This document shows, in pieces, positions 1 through 12,312 of a DNA stretch of 64,000 nt. The translations under genes and the position numbers were made by a program. The notes under the pieces are model-generated. The model saw only the letters and a list, made by a program, of their open reading frames with translations, was not told where the DNA came from and did not search any database. The DNA is from Octopus sinensis (Eukaryota): contig NC_042997.1 of the NCBI RefSeq assembly GCF_006345805.1, positions 121,706,001-121,770,000 of the forward strand. The letters are read 5' to 3'. Numbering within the stretch: position 1 is the first letter of the stretch; every line of letters begins with the position of its first letter.

Positions 1-58
1 ATATGTTCCTTTATGCCTCAAACCGCAAAGTAATGGCTCGATATATATATATATATAT

Positions 59-60
<2 letters not shown>

Positions 61-116
<56 letters not shown>
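61..116. repeat. (AG)n microsatellite
   Basis: Direct reading; preceded by (AT)n. Confidence 0.95.
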
Positions 117-119
<3 letters not shown>

Positions 120-518
120 AAGAGCAGTAAATTAGCAACCAGTTCGTATGAATATGGAACTATTCTTTCCTAAACCTCTCACTAGGGATAGCATTTGGTT
201 ATCAGAAGGTATAGATTCATGTCCGAAAAGTTGAATGTTGTTAGATAAGAGTCGATAATTAAATCTAAAATAAACTTCTTGATGAACGCTATGAAATTCT
301 TCTTAAATCGATATCATGACAGTTTATGGGACTCGTAAGTTGCTAGGTCATCGTTTGTGTCCAGGCGTGAGTTCTGGGTGATAGACACTTAGTTAGAGTG
401 TCTTGGATAAGTGATCCAAAGAGAACTGAAAACTCAGTCCCATGGTGACTCTCCAACGAAGCATCGTCCACTTAAAAGGAAATTTCCTTTTTAACTCAAT
501 CTTAATATTTTGCTTCTT

Positions 519-782
519 CAGCTGGCAGAAACGTTAGCACGCCGGGCGAAATTCTAAGCGGTATTTCGTCTGCTGCTACGTTCTGAGTTCAAATTCCGCC
601 AAGGTCGACTTTGCCTTTCATCCTTTCGGGGTCGATTAAATAAGTACCAGTTACGCACTGGGGTCGATATAATCGACTTAATCTGTTTGTCTGTCCTTGC
701 TTGTCCTCTCTGTGTTTAGCCCCTTGTGGGTAGTAAAAAATAGGTATTTCGTCTGTCTTTACGTTGTGAGTTCAAATTCCGC
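519..782 (+). mobile_element. tRNA-derived SINE, family A (with a partial second unit)
   Basis: agctggcagaaacgttagcacgccgggcgaaa...gagttcaaattccgcc (A-box/B-box-like), then gaggtcgactttgcctttcatcctttcggggtcgat; the family recurs many times in the window. Confidence 0.8.
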
Positions 783-914
783 CTTAGTTAGAGTGTCTTG
801 GATAAGTGATCCAAAGAGAACTGAAAACTCAGACCCATGATGACTCTCCAACGAAGCATCGTCCACTTAAAAGGAAATTTCCTTTTTAACTCAATCTTAA
901 TATTTTGCTTCTTC

Positions 915-1138
915 AGCTGGCAGAAACGTTAGCACGCTGGGCGAAATTCTAAGCGGTATTTCGTCTGCTGCTACGTTCTGAGTTCAAATTCCGCCAAGGT
1001 CGACTTTGCCTTTCATCCTTTCGGGGTCGATTAAATAAGCACCAGTTACGCACTGGGGTCGATATAATCAACTTAATCCGTTTGTCTGTCCTTGTTTGTC
1101 TCCTCTGTGTGTAGCCCCTTGTGGGCAGTAAAGAAATA
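915..1138 (+). mobile_element. tRNA-derived SINE, family A
   Basis: Same sequence as 519-760. Confidence 0.8.
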
Positions 1139-3284
1139 AGAATCTTTAGTACGCCAGGAAAAATGCCTTCTGATTTCAAATTACCCCGAAGTCGACCTTG
1201 CCTTTCATCCCTTTCGGGGTTGATAAAATATGTACCAGTTGAATGCTGCAGTCGTAGTAACCGTCTTACCCCCTCCTCCAAACTTGTTGATCATGTGTCA
1301 AAATTTGAAATCAATATCTTGCTTCTAGAGTTCTAAGGATTTTAAGAGGAGAGATTTATCTGTAGGGGAGTAGAAATCTTTACTATAAAATGTATTAAAT
1401 GGTAAAGTTGTCAGTTGTTTTGTTATCGGCGTCACTGAGTTTATTGATATTGCTGGCGATGCAGTAACATGACACGTTTTACTAGTACAGCAGTACTCAC
1501 GGAAAAACAAAAAGCAAAATGAAAAAGGAATCGACAACCCAGTGATATGCAAACTGCGTACACGTTTTTGCAACACTTAAAAGAGTTAATCAATCTGAGT
1601 TTAGGCTTGGAAGGAAATTACTGTTGCTGCCATTAAGGCCTTAAGTGTAACATAGTACGGCTGCATTTATACGCGCTCGCATTCACGTGTGTATGTGTGT
1701 GTGTGTGTGTGTGTACCAAATTAAAATGGTGGCTTATCAGCAATTAGAACCTAAAGGCAGAACTAATAGATGTTACAGATGTGACCGAGGGCACTGACTA
1801 TCACCGCTTTTGCTAAAGATAAGAGTTAAACTAACTCAAAGCCACAAATGCACTGTCTTAAGTAATAGATATATATCAGTGTGTTTGTCAGTACATCCTT
1901 CGATATGCAATTAATATCGAGTGCTCAGTAATGTAGAGTTACGCTAAGCTTTTATACGTCTAAAACCTACCAAAATACATTAATATTAACATTAAATATT
2001 CATTTTCATAAAACTATTCGTATAATCTAGTGTATTATGCATGCATATTCTTGTATGCATATTAGATTATATTATCAACACACGTGTTTTCTTTATTTAT
2101 TTGTATCATGCACGTATATATATATATATACATATATATACACACACACATATATGTATATTTATATAGATCACATAAATAAGCATGTGTGTGTGTACGT
2201 GCGTGAAGATATATGAGTTTATTTACATGTGTCTATCATGATGCGTGTGTGTCTATGGAATCATACATACGTAAGAGAAACTGAATTCAATGACTAGATC
2301 CACGCTAAGCTCGTGCTGTTCATCATTGCAAAGAATCGATTTTTAAACCTTGGTAGAAAAATGTAGAATACCATGGAGATAGACAAATTGATAAAAGACA
2401 ACCTGAAAGCAGTATATAATGTAAAAAGGGGATGGTTAGAAAACGGTTCGCAAAATATCTATTAAGTAGATAAAATCTTTGTGGCAGAACATTTCTTGTT
2501 TACATATCATCAACTCAGTGAACATCAATGCAGACTGATGTTCTAAATAATAGCAAGGTGGGGGTAAAGGCTGGGGTGGAAGAGAAAATTTCATATAAAA
2601 TAACATGAGGACATGAATAAACAAAATTTGTTTTTTTTTAAATGTATAAAAAATTGCAAACAAAAATGATGGAAATTAATGAAGTGAAATAAAATATAAA
2701 CAAACATAAGAACGTAAAAAGAGCAGAAGGAATACTAAATAGATGACAACTAAGATATATAGCGGTATGTCGTTGATAGTATTAGAAATAAATAACAAGC
2801 AGAAGGTTTGTGTTTGACACATCACCAACACATAACTTGTTATGAAAGTTTGTTCTGTGAAGAACCAAATATCAGATGAGAACTAATCCATACCCATGAC
2901 AAAGTAGCGCAAACGCAATCAGAAAGTGTAATGTGTTTGGGAAATAAATCGTGTATGTTATGATATTAATTATGATATGTAATGTTAACTTTACGCAGTA
3001 CGTTACATAGAATTGCGCAGTGCGTCACATTTTACGTTTTAAAAAAGAAAATTGACTCTAGGGAAACACTATAAACTACTTGACCAGAAGGTTCCAGTTT
3101 CCATTTTCTTTCTTTTAAGAATTTCGTGCCTGTGCTAGGGAGTTTTTCCGCAGATGTCCATCATATATTTAGCGATCTTGAATCGTATGAAATGAACAAG
3201 GGGAGATAATCCAATCGGACATCATTCATAATATACCGATTCTCAGTCTGCGATAAAATAAACACAATTTCATGCATACATGTA

Positions 3285-3557
<273 letters not shown>

Positions 3558-3565
3558 CAAATTTT

Positions 3566-3672
3566 AAAAAGAGGTGTGACAGTGACTTCGAAATTTCGGA
3601 CTGTTTACTTTCGCTAATGAATCTGAAAAAAGCTCGCAGGATGTAAATTCGAAGTCACTATCACCCGTTTTT
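3566..3672. repeat. Short imperfect inverted repeat, possible MITE remnant
   Basis: gtgacagtgacttcgaaattt ... aaattcgaagtcactatcac with a ~45-bp spacer. Confidence 0.55.
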
Positions 3673-3789
3673 CCTTCTCAGTCGATTGGACTACTGCTCC
3701 TAACTATGGTCCAAAGAGACTGTGAAACAAGCTGCGGAACTCAAAGCAATCCTGCGCCAATACACAAAGAAAATTGATTTGATGCAAAA

Positions 3790-4635
3790 GATGGGCTACT
3801 GGAAGATGTTAAAAGAGCTCAGTCTCTATTCCCTGGAGAAAGATGGGAGATATATGCTGTGATATATATTTGGAAAATCTTGGAGGTTTTAGCTCACAAT
3901 TTTAGAATTGACAGCTATACAAATCCTCGAACTGGACAGCACTGCATCATCTCTCTCTATATAAACGGCAGTTTGTCTGTGCGTGTTTCTGTGTGTCTGT
4001 TTGCTTGTACCCTCACCCTGACCACGGCTTTCAACCGATTCTGATGAAACTTGACACACACATAGCCTAATGTCATAATTCAAAACTAACGCAGCGAAAA
4101 TTTTGAAAAGTTCCCCCAGTTCTGAAAAAAATCGATAAATTCGACATGGGGTCGAGAATCAGGAACACAAACCACAAACTGTGTAGGGGACGCAACTCCA
4201 CCTTTTTTAACTATCAAAAAAAAATTTACCATATTTTTTTCCATTATTTTGCTATTTTTTGGCTATAACTCTCTAAAAATGCTTTATAGTTATTTCCCTT
4301 ACAAACCTGAGCAACGCCGGGCGATACTGCTAGTACCATCTAAAATAAGGACACAGTACTGCAATAGACTTGATTTTAAGGGGCCGCAATCGCTCAACAT
4401 CCTTCCAGGCAACTTTAGAGATCTACATGGTATTGATGTGGAAGTTTTCAAGGAACGTCTGGACAGGTTTCTCTCTGAGATACCAGATGAACCCACATCA
4501 CTGCAGGAGATGCAAAGAAGTGCAGCTCCGTCCAACTCGATATTTCACCAAAAGCAATATCGGAAACAACACCGCGTAACTACAGGTGGTGTATCAGCAT
4601 GTCAGCCCTGGGCTGAAACCAGTAAAAGATAAAAA
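3790..4635 (+). mobile_element. CR1-type LINE 3' fragment, split by a Helitron-like insertion
   Basis: Left part LKELSLYSLEKRWEIYAVIYIWKILE; right part KIRTQYCNRLDFKGPQSLNILP...FKERLDRFLSEIPDEP; 3' tail cagcatg...ggctgaaacc. Homologous to 59049-59519. Confidence 0.8.
3950..4333 (+). mobile_element. Non-autonomous Helitron-like element
   Basis: 5' TC and 3' CTAG, inserted between A and T with no TSD, and a subterminal GC palindrome (cgccgggcg) upstream of the CTAG. It interrupts otherwise continuous LINE coding sequence. Confidence 0.7.
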
Positions 4636-4659
4636 ATATATGCGTGCATGTATGTATAT

Positions 4660-4842
<183 letters not shown>

Positions 4843-4931
4843 ATTGGTGAATTGAAGAAATGGAGCTGAACGGTATCGGTTAAACTTTTGATTAATCTAC
4901 TACAAGATTATTCATCTTTCTATTTCACATA

Positions 4932-4964
<33 letters not shown>

Positions 4965-5594
4965 CTGTGTATATATACATATATATGTGTCTGTGTGAGG
5001 TCGTTTTTTAGTGTGTGTGTGTGTGTGTGAGGGTTTTTTGAGTAATCCAGTACAACCTGTCGCATGGTGGGTTCGGCGGCGACTAAAGTAGCAACCCCGA
5101 CTCCATGCGGGATGAAAAATAAGACCCGTCAAAGGGCTGAGGAATTCCTGAAGAGTCAACCACCACCCAACAAAATATCTGTAAATATGTATGTATCTTT
5201 TTTTCTTAATGTGTATATGAATATTTTTGCATTTATATATATATTATTTATATTTAAATCTTACTTTATTTATATCAAATTGCATATACTTTACTTTTTT
5301 GGCATTTTGTCATTTCTATAAGCTCGGATCGGATGAATGCTCTCGAATGAAACTGAGTGGACGCAGAATATATAGAAGCCCGTCAAAACGGACTGTAACT
5401 GTAATACAGATATCCGATCCTGGAAAACGCTATTACGCTTGGTATACTTATGGATTACTTTAAAGATACACATTTATTTGATATGTTAGTTTGCTTTTTC
5501 AACCGCTAAATATAGTTCAGTTCTATATTTAAGAGATGAGAAATTATGTACATTATTTACATTTGACGGATTTGTGTCATCTTGTTTGTTGTTA

Positions 5595-5638
5595 ACACAA
5601 CGTTTCGGCTGATATACCCTCAAGCTTTCATCAGGTGT
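5595..5638 (-). ncRNA. Minimal type I hammerhead-ribozyme-like motif, second copy
   Basis: Minus strand reads ACAC-CTGATGA-AAGCTTGAGGGTATATCAGCC-GAAAC-GTT-GTGT. Stem I (ACAC/GTGT) is intact; stem II is degraded. Confidence 0.45.
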
Positions 5639-5711
5639 AATGGGGAAATTTGGAACCTGGGTTCTCATTCCTAAGGTATTTTTCGATGTGCCTTGTGTTT
5701 GCATCAGGACA

Positions 5712-5717
5712 TTGTTG

Positions 5718-5816
<99 letters not shown>

Positions 5817-5890
5817 TCACTGCTTCGAATCGAATTCGGAATCGTGAGGTTAGTAGCCCGTGTTCTTAACCACTATGCTATATGCCTGGC
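5712..5890 (-). mobile_element. Short tRNA-derived SINE-like head with an (ATA)n tail, inside the palindrome spacer
   Basis: Minus strand gcatagtggttaagaacacgggctactaacc...gaattcgattc (A-box/B-box-like), followed by ~100 bp of (AAT)n. Confidence 0.55.
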
Positions 5891-5947
5891 CTGTGAGCAT
5901 CGAAAAATGCCTTAGGAATGAGAACTCAGGTTCGAAGTTTCCCGAAG

Positions 5948-5991
5948 ACACCTGATGAAGACTGGAGGGTATTTCAGCCGAAACGTTGAGT
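5948..5991 (+). ncRNA. Minimal type I hammerhead-ribozyme-like motif
   Basis: ACAC-CTGATGA-A-GACTG(loop)CAGCC-GAAAC-GTT-GAGT. Core boxes are present; stem II and stem I each have a mismatch, and there is an extra A after the CUGAUGA box. Confidence 0.45.
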
Positions 5992-6849
5992 TAACAACAA
6001 ACAAGGTGAGGGCAAATATCCGTTAAATGTAAATAATGTTAAATATAGCTTTTGATATTTTTTTTTGGTCTTCTGTGGCTTGATGTATATGCAAAATAGG
6101 TGCATTATGAATGAATTTATAGGAAGAAAAACGAAATGGTTTATAAGAAAAAAACAGAAGAAGAGGAAAAAGAAAGTATAGCTTGAGTGTTGAGATTTAA
6201 TGATGATAATAGTCTTTCTCCTTTGACCAGATAAAGTCGTGTTGGCTCCATAGCAACTGCTGAATTGGTTATATTTCGTGTGTGGAGGGGTTTGTGGCTA
6301 GTTTATATGTTATTGTTTGGGTTCATTGAAGCATGTGGTAGATCACAATATATGATTACTTCAAGGTTTTCTAAAATTTATTCAGAATTGCCTGTAAGCG
6401 TTTATATCTTTTATTATACTCTTTTAAGGCTTATGCAAGAATCTTTATGAATATAGATGTTATAGGTTTAAGCTGTGCTAAAGCGTGGGAAAAATATCAA
6501 ACGTCTTTACCAACAGTATAAAAATATATTTTCCTTCTCTTGTCCAGCCCGGCTTTGGTTTTTTTAATATATCCGCTTCTGTTGTCTCTCTGCTAACTCA
6601 TATAAACATCACCTATTTTTAGAAATTCATCACTCTGTCCTCAAGATAAGTGGCAATCCACAAAAAAGAAAAAAACTTATATAGCAATGTTAAATTACTG
6701 TTTGATAACAGCAAAAAGCCGGAACTTCGAAGTTACAATCAGTCATTTCCTTCGAAATTTTATACAGTCCCTCGTACCCACACATATCAAAAGAAATATA
6801 ATAGGAGAACAAATAGGGATGTAGTATAAATGTGTATATATATAAACAT

Positions 6850-6994
6850 CGAATAGCTGTGAAAACAGCTCAGCAGATCGGGTAAGTACACTTAGAGGAA
6901 GTTCAAATGTGACCTGCAACCTGCTACAGAGAATCGAACCTTGTACCTCTCAAATTCCGAGAGAGTACTCTGTACCATTAAGCTAAGGGATCCC
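6850..6994 (-). mobile_element. tRNA-derived repeat head (family D); a degraded relative lies at ~7470-7545
   Basis: Minus strand gggatcccttagcttaatggtacagag...ggttcgattctc; body shared with 7470-7545 (gtgaaaacagct...aaatgtgacc). Confidence 0.5.
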
Positions 6995-7200
6995 TAACAA
7001 CAAATATTGTCTTTCATAACGCTATATAATAGCTTTGGGAATATGAGGACATATTTTATTTAAAACAGAGACCCCGAGTGATTTGATATCTTACATATAT
7101 GTATGTGTGTATATATATATAAGCATATATATATGTATAAGAATATATATATATATATGTATGTACATATGTTTATATATATATATATATTTTTCTCTTC

Positions 7201-7475
7201 TTTGTAGTTTCAGCTCAGAGCTGCGGGCATGCTGACGCAACGCCGTATTGCTACACTATTATTTCTGAGAGCCTCCTCCAATATGTGGCACGTTGTGAAG
7301 AATGGAGTTTGATGTAGTTACCCTATTTGCACCTCTTGCCGTGATGTAGCTTCATCTGGGATTCTCGACAGGAAAAAGTCCAGCCTTGATTTTAAAACGC
7401 CTACATCTACTTTGTGCAGTTTCCTCAGGCTCTTTGAGAGAAAGTTAAATGAAATTAAACCTCGAATGCTGAATA
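7201..7475 (-). mobile_element. CR1-type LINE 3' fragment
   Basis: LSKSLRKLHKVDVGVLKSRLDFFLSRIPDEATSRQEVQ plus the 3' tail cagcatgcccgcagctctgagctgaaactac. Confidence 0.8.
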
Positions 7476-8043
7476 GCCGTGAAAACAGCTGAGAAGATTG
7501 GTAAATATCCCTAGGAGGCGGAAAAATGTGACCAGCAAGCCGACCCGCGTACACACAAATACCCAACCCCAAATATACAGTGAAGATTAATTTTATTGAA
7601 ATTTCAGGTTTTGGTTATCGGTTTGTTCAGCAAGTGAAGGAAACTTTGCTTGTGTTTTTTTTTTCTTTTCTATGTATATTTTTCAGTTATAAGTTTAAAA
7701 TATCGTATATATAAAAGAAAGCTATAAAAATTTATGATTCTCTTGCTAATAAGAACTATTGAAAAGCTCAGTGCTTTTAGAAATCACTTGAATAAGTAAT
7801 GTAAATCTCAGCGAAAAAACAAGACCAACTTACTTTGGAATAATTAGCTTCGATGAACAAATGTTTTACTTAGAATAAAATTCATGCTCGTTAATAGTAG
7901 AGACGCAAATAATCGTCACCAAACGCTTATAGGAAAAAGAGCTAACGGGCAAATGCAAATTATAGATTTCTATTATATAAACTCATGTAGTATTTATTTA
8001 CTTTTACAAACATATATACATACATACATACATACATATACAT

Positions 8044-8078
<35 letters not shown>

Positions 8079-11000
8079 AACAATTATATTAGAAACAAGC
8101 ATACATTCATTTCACATACGTTGGTATACATGCACACACACGGACACGCGCTCACTTATTTAGAAAATCAAATATACACTTCACATAAATTCCATATGAC
8201 ATTTAAACGTTTTTAGGAATAAACTCTTAAACTTTGTAAGAATTGGTCCATTTACAAGTTACTCTGAATATGGTAAGCTGTTATATCCAATAAAACACTT
8301 ATTGTTTTCCTCTAGTCCTTCCTGCTCATTATATTCCCGTTCGCATCCCTTCTAGTCATCTAACTCTTCACTCTATTTCTTGATCTTTAACTCTTTATAT
8401 TATTTAATACTTAAAAAATCGTTCATGGAAATTGTACAAGGCATTATACATACGCCGTTCATTTGACATAGCTTCTCTCTCAAGAAAAACACACCCAAAC
8501 TAAGATTGTTTCTCTGGCCGAAGAAACCGAAAGGCGAACCATGAAGTCCTGACCAATATTAACTTCGCAATAAATCTGACTTTTCTCTCAGCATGGAATC
8601 ACACCATACGTACGAACACACATACTCATACACACATGCATATATACACACAAATTCGTACACGACAGTTTCCGTTCCAATATTTTATACACAAAGTGCT
8701 AATCACGTGATTCTATGGTGAAAAAACTTGGTCAGTGGGTCGCCCAGTAACAATCAATCCTGGAATAAGTAATTCTCTTCACCAAATAATCATACATCTC
8801 TCCGATGTTTCACAAAATACGCCTCCATATAATGCTTGTTACATTAAAATACCTTATTTACAAATTTATAGACGATGTATGATTAGTTTGTTTCATACGT
8901 CTCGCGGATCATTACATATTATTATCAAGTCAGTAAAATATCGTTTAGTCTAAACAAGGCTCAACAAGAAAATATATCTTATATATTTTTATAATATATT
9001 TGAAGTTTTACATTCGTGATTTTCTAAATATAATGACTGAATGTGAGATGGAGTGAATAGTATTTATTTTTTAAGTATTATACATATTTGACATTCTACT
9101 TCTTTAAGCTTGGATCTGCTTTTGTTGGGCATACTTCTAATGAAATATATTTCTTATTTTTATTTTCCTAAAATTTTCGTTGCGTCTTGCAACCTTCTCA
9201 ATAGTCTTGAGTCTGTCCCTTATCTACACACATACATACGCACATGCATTCATGCATAGGCACACACACACACACACACTCACACTGATCCACACATATG
9301 CGCACAAACAAACAAGAAGGAACGCAGTGTAAATAACGGACAGAGTGAAGACTATTGAAAAGGTTGCAAGACGCAACGAAAATTTTAGGAAAATCAAAAT
9401 AAGAAATTAGTGGAAATTTGACCGGTGAGTGTGTTACATTATAAGGCACAAAAGTAAAATGACTCTCCCCATGCACAACAGAGTGAATGATAGTTTAATG
9501 TTGGCCAAGTTTATTCAGTGCCGGTATTGATTTCCAGAAATTTCGTAAACGTAAAAATGTGGAATTTGTATTGATATAATTCATGATATGGTCGATGTTA
9601 TTCCGTATGAGAAACCTTTCTGCTTTACTTAAGTTGTAACTATATGTCCCAAAGATGTTTGGTCAACATATTTCTAAGATTTTTCCCCTTTATATTAAAA
9701 TAGGATTCATGCTCTCTTACTTGACATATGTAATTTAATAATGTTGCATTCTTCATATCTCTGTGTCTGAATGATGATCGTCGGTTGAAGTAATGTTGTT
9801 TAATTCTATGTTCCTATATATCAATGCTGCTTAATGATATGGCTCAGTTCAGTAGTTAACTTCAACTTCAAATATTATAACGCCAGCATTCGACGATTGA
9901 TTAAGTGGGCACTCACGTGCAACAGTACTTCTGCATATGTATTTAGCATCTGTCACTCATTCATCGTTCGTTCTCCTTTCCTTGCCTTTCCTTGCCTTTC
10001 CTTTCTCTGCACTCAATTTCCTCTCGCCCTCACTCCATTTGTGTATGTATGTGTGTGTTTATGTGTTTGTGCATGGATAGTGATACACATGTGTATGTAC
10101 AGTGACATACACGTGATTCTGTTTATGATCATGAAATGCAAAAGAAAATTAAGAGAAAACAACCAAAATGGCAATAATTTATTGTTTTCCTTGGAGCAGT
10201 AAAGATAAACACTGTTTAATCAATATGATCTTTGTTAATATTTAACATTCTATCAGCGTGTAATATTTCACAAAGGAACTGTCATAAAAATTATATCTAC
10301 CAAATTTAGCTCGTATCGAATCAACATTTTTATTCGTGCATTGCATGCCTAATTAAATTGAACTTTCGATGCATTTGGGACGTACGAAAAACTAGCGTTC
10401 TTTTTTTTTTTTGTTTTTTCATTTAATCTGGATGTTTTACACGCAAATTGTATAATACTTTATCCAGAAAAATAAATTCAATTAACAAACGTTTATTTCC
10501 AAATATATGTGGAAATAAAACAAACTCGAATAATTATTTATCGTCAAGAATCAGCGGATCGTTAAACCGTAGCTGGTAGATCATAAATGTGCAACAAAAA
10601 ATGCTTTCCTAAATTTTTATTTATTTATTTTCTATTATTTTTCTGTTGTAATTAAATCGCGGAGCAGTTATTTTAGCCATTGAAAATTTTGTTACATTCA
10701 CTTTTTCATTTAATTTACGAACCATAATCTGTTGTGAAGTGTCAAAAAGTCCCTTTGCACTTCTGTGACCTACCGTCTCGCTGGATTCCTCTGCAATTTC
10801 TTGAAAACTATTTGAAGACTAGTCTTTATTATGTCTCTGGTGGTTTCTTTCCTTTTCGTACTTTAGTATCTTTTTATCTGCTTTTGTTTTCCTTTGTTTC
10901 TTTCATAATTGCCTTCAACTTTAAGCATTGTCCCTTCTTTTGTATCTTGGTTAATTGAAACCTTTTGTTAAATTTATACCCATGGGTCCAGTTAATTGCT

Positions 11001-11457
11001 GTTGTTAGAATTTTTGGCACATAAGCCTTTAATCACATTTCCTCTGTTTCCCTTCTCTAATTAATTGATTTAATTCATTATCATACATCTTTCAAAAAAT
11101 ATAATTATTAAGAGCATTTTCTTTTCCTTCAAGTACTGGATTGAGCATTTAAAATTATCAGTTGCTTAGCATATAAAGGGATTGTCTTAAAGCATGTTTC
11201 CAATTTCTAATCATAGTATCGCTCAATTATTGTAAGATGTTTGCTAAGTTGAAAAGAATCAACTTTGCCAAAACCTAAAGTTAATATACTGATATCATAA
11301 GCAAATATACCAAACCTGTTTTGGGACAGTCTATATGCACAAGTGAAGGATAACACCAAACGTTCTAAACAACTTGCCAAATACAGTAAAAAAATGTTTT
11401 ACTTAGGAAAAAATAGAGATAAACGATTAAATTAAACAATTTACGATACGAATGCCA

Positions 11458-11494
11458 AGAAGAGAAAGAGAGAAAGAGAGAAAGAGAGAGGGAA

Positions 11495-11557
<63 letters not shown>

Positions 11558-11572
11558 AAAAGAGAGAGAGGG
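11458..11572. repeat. GA-rich array with a ~12-bp period (gaaagagagaga)
   Basis: Direct reading. Confidence 0.9.
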
Positions 11573-12099
11573 ATGGATTTGCGTATGAAAGTAACTAAAG
11601 ACTCATATGTCAAAAATTAATACAGCAATGCCACTCAAACTTCCAACTTAGGGCAAAAATGAATAATAAATAGGCAACACTCTGAATAATTATTATATTG
11701 CATTCAGTCCTTGTTGCTGTGTGGTGGCTTGTATGCCTCAATTACTCTGAGAGCTATGCCAGCGAAGCGCATGCTCCAGGTAGGGCCTCCCATGCAAGAC
11801 TGATATAGATCATTGTTTACAGGAGATAAAATATGCGTTTGCCCAGGGCCAAAACCTCTACCAAGAAAAAGCAAATTTATAAAAGCATCGATAAAAATTC
11901 AAAACCAAGAAGACCTGAGAAATGAAGGTCTTACAGTCCAGAGTCGAGGATAATGGGGAAAAGTCATCGGTGGCATAAGCTCCATGTGGAGGGATAGGGC
12001 TAAATTAAGGAAATTCAAGGGGCGGGGGAAGAAGGAAAGGAAGATAAGATGAAGGAAAGGAAAATAAGATGAAGGAAAGCAAACACTCGCTTTTGTAAT

Positions 12100-12312
12100 C
12101 CAAGGTGCCGAGCTTGCAGAATCGTTAACACGCCGGAAAAAGTGATTAACAACATTTCGTCCGTACTGTGTTGAAATTCCACCGAGGTCGACTTTGCGTT
12201 TCATCCTTTCGGGATTGGTAAAAATAAGAACTAGTTCGGCACTGGGGTCGATGTAATTGACTAGCTTGTTTCCTCGAAATTTTCGGCTTTTTGCCAAGAT
12301 TTGAAACCGATA
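12100..12312 (-). mobile_element. SINE family A, diverged
   Basis: aaattccaccgaggtcgactttgcgtttcatcctttcgggattg...ggggtcgatgtaattgac. This sequence reads in the family's + orientation from about 12170, so the strand of the 5' part is uncertain. Confidence 0.55.

Larger units (their letters stand above)
388..1138 (+). repeat. Tandem duplication, period ~395 bp (unique flank plus SINE)
   Basis: cttagttagagtgtcttggataagtgatcc starts at both 388 and 783; the two units are near-identical with scattered substitutions. Confidence 0.92.
5550..6039. mobile_element. ~490-bp palindromic element with ~140-bp inverted arms resembling Penelope-like terminal repeats
   Basis: 5550-5688 is the reverse complement of 5898-6039 with scattered mismatches; each arm carries CTGATGA...CAGCCGAAACGTT. 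Confidence 0.7.

Noticed and set aside
949-1336. ORFs containing RPRKDERQSRP-type peptides (also 12146, 27237, 29272)
   Set aside because: Antisense or sense translations of SINE family A.
6930-6994. tRNA-like sequences as tRNA genes (also SINE heads at 519, 21235, 32760, 63609)
   Set aside because: No complete cloverleaf or acceptor stem; each continues into a repeat body.
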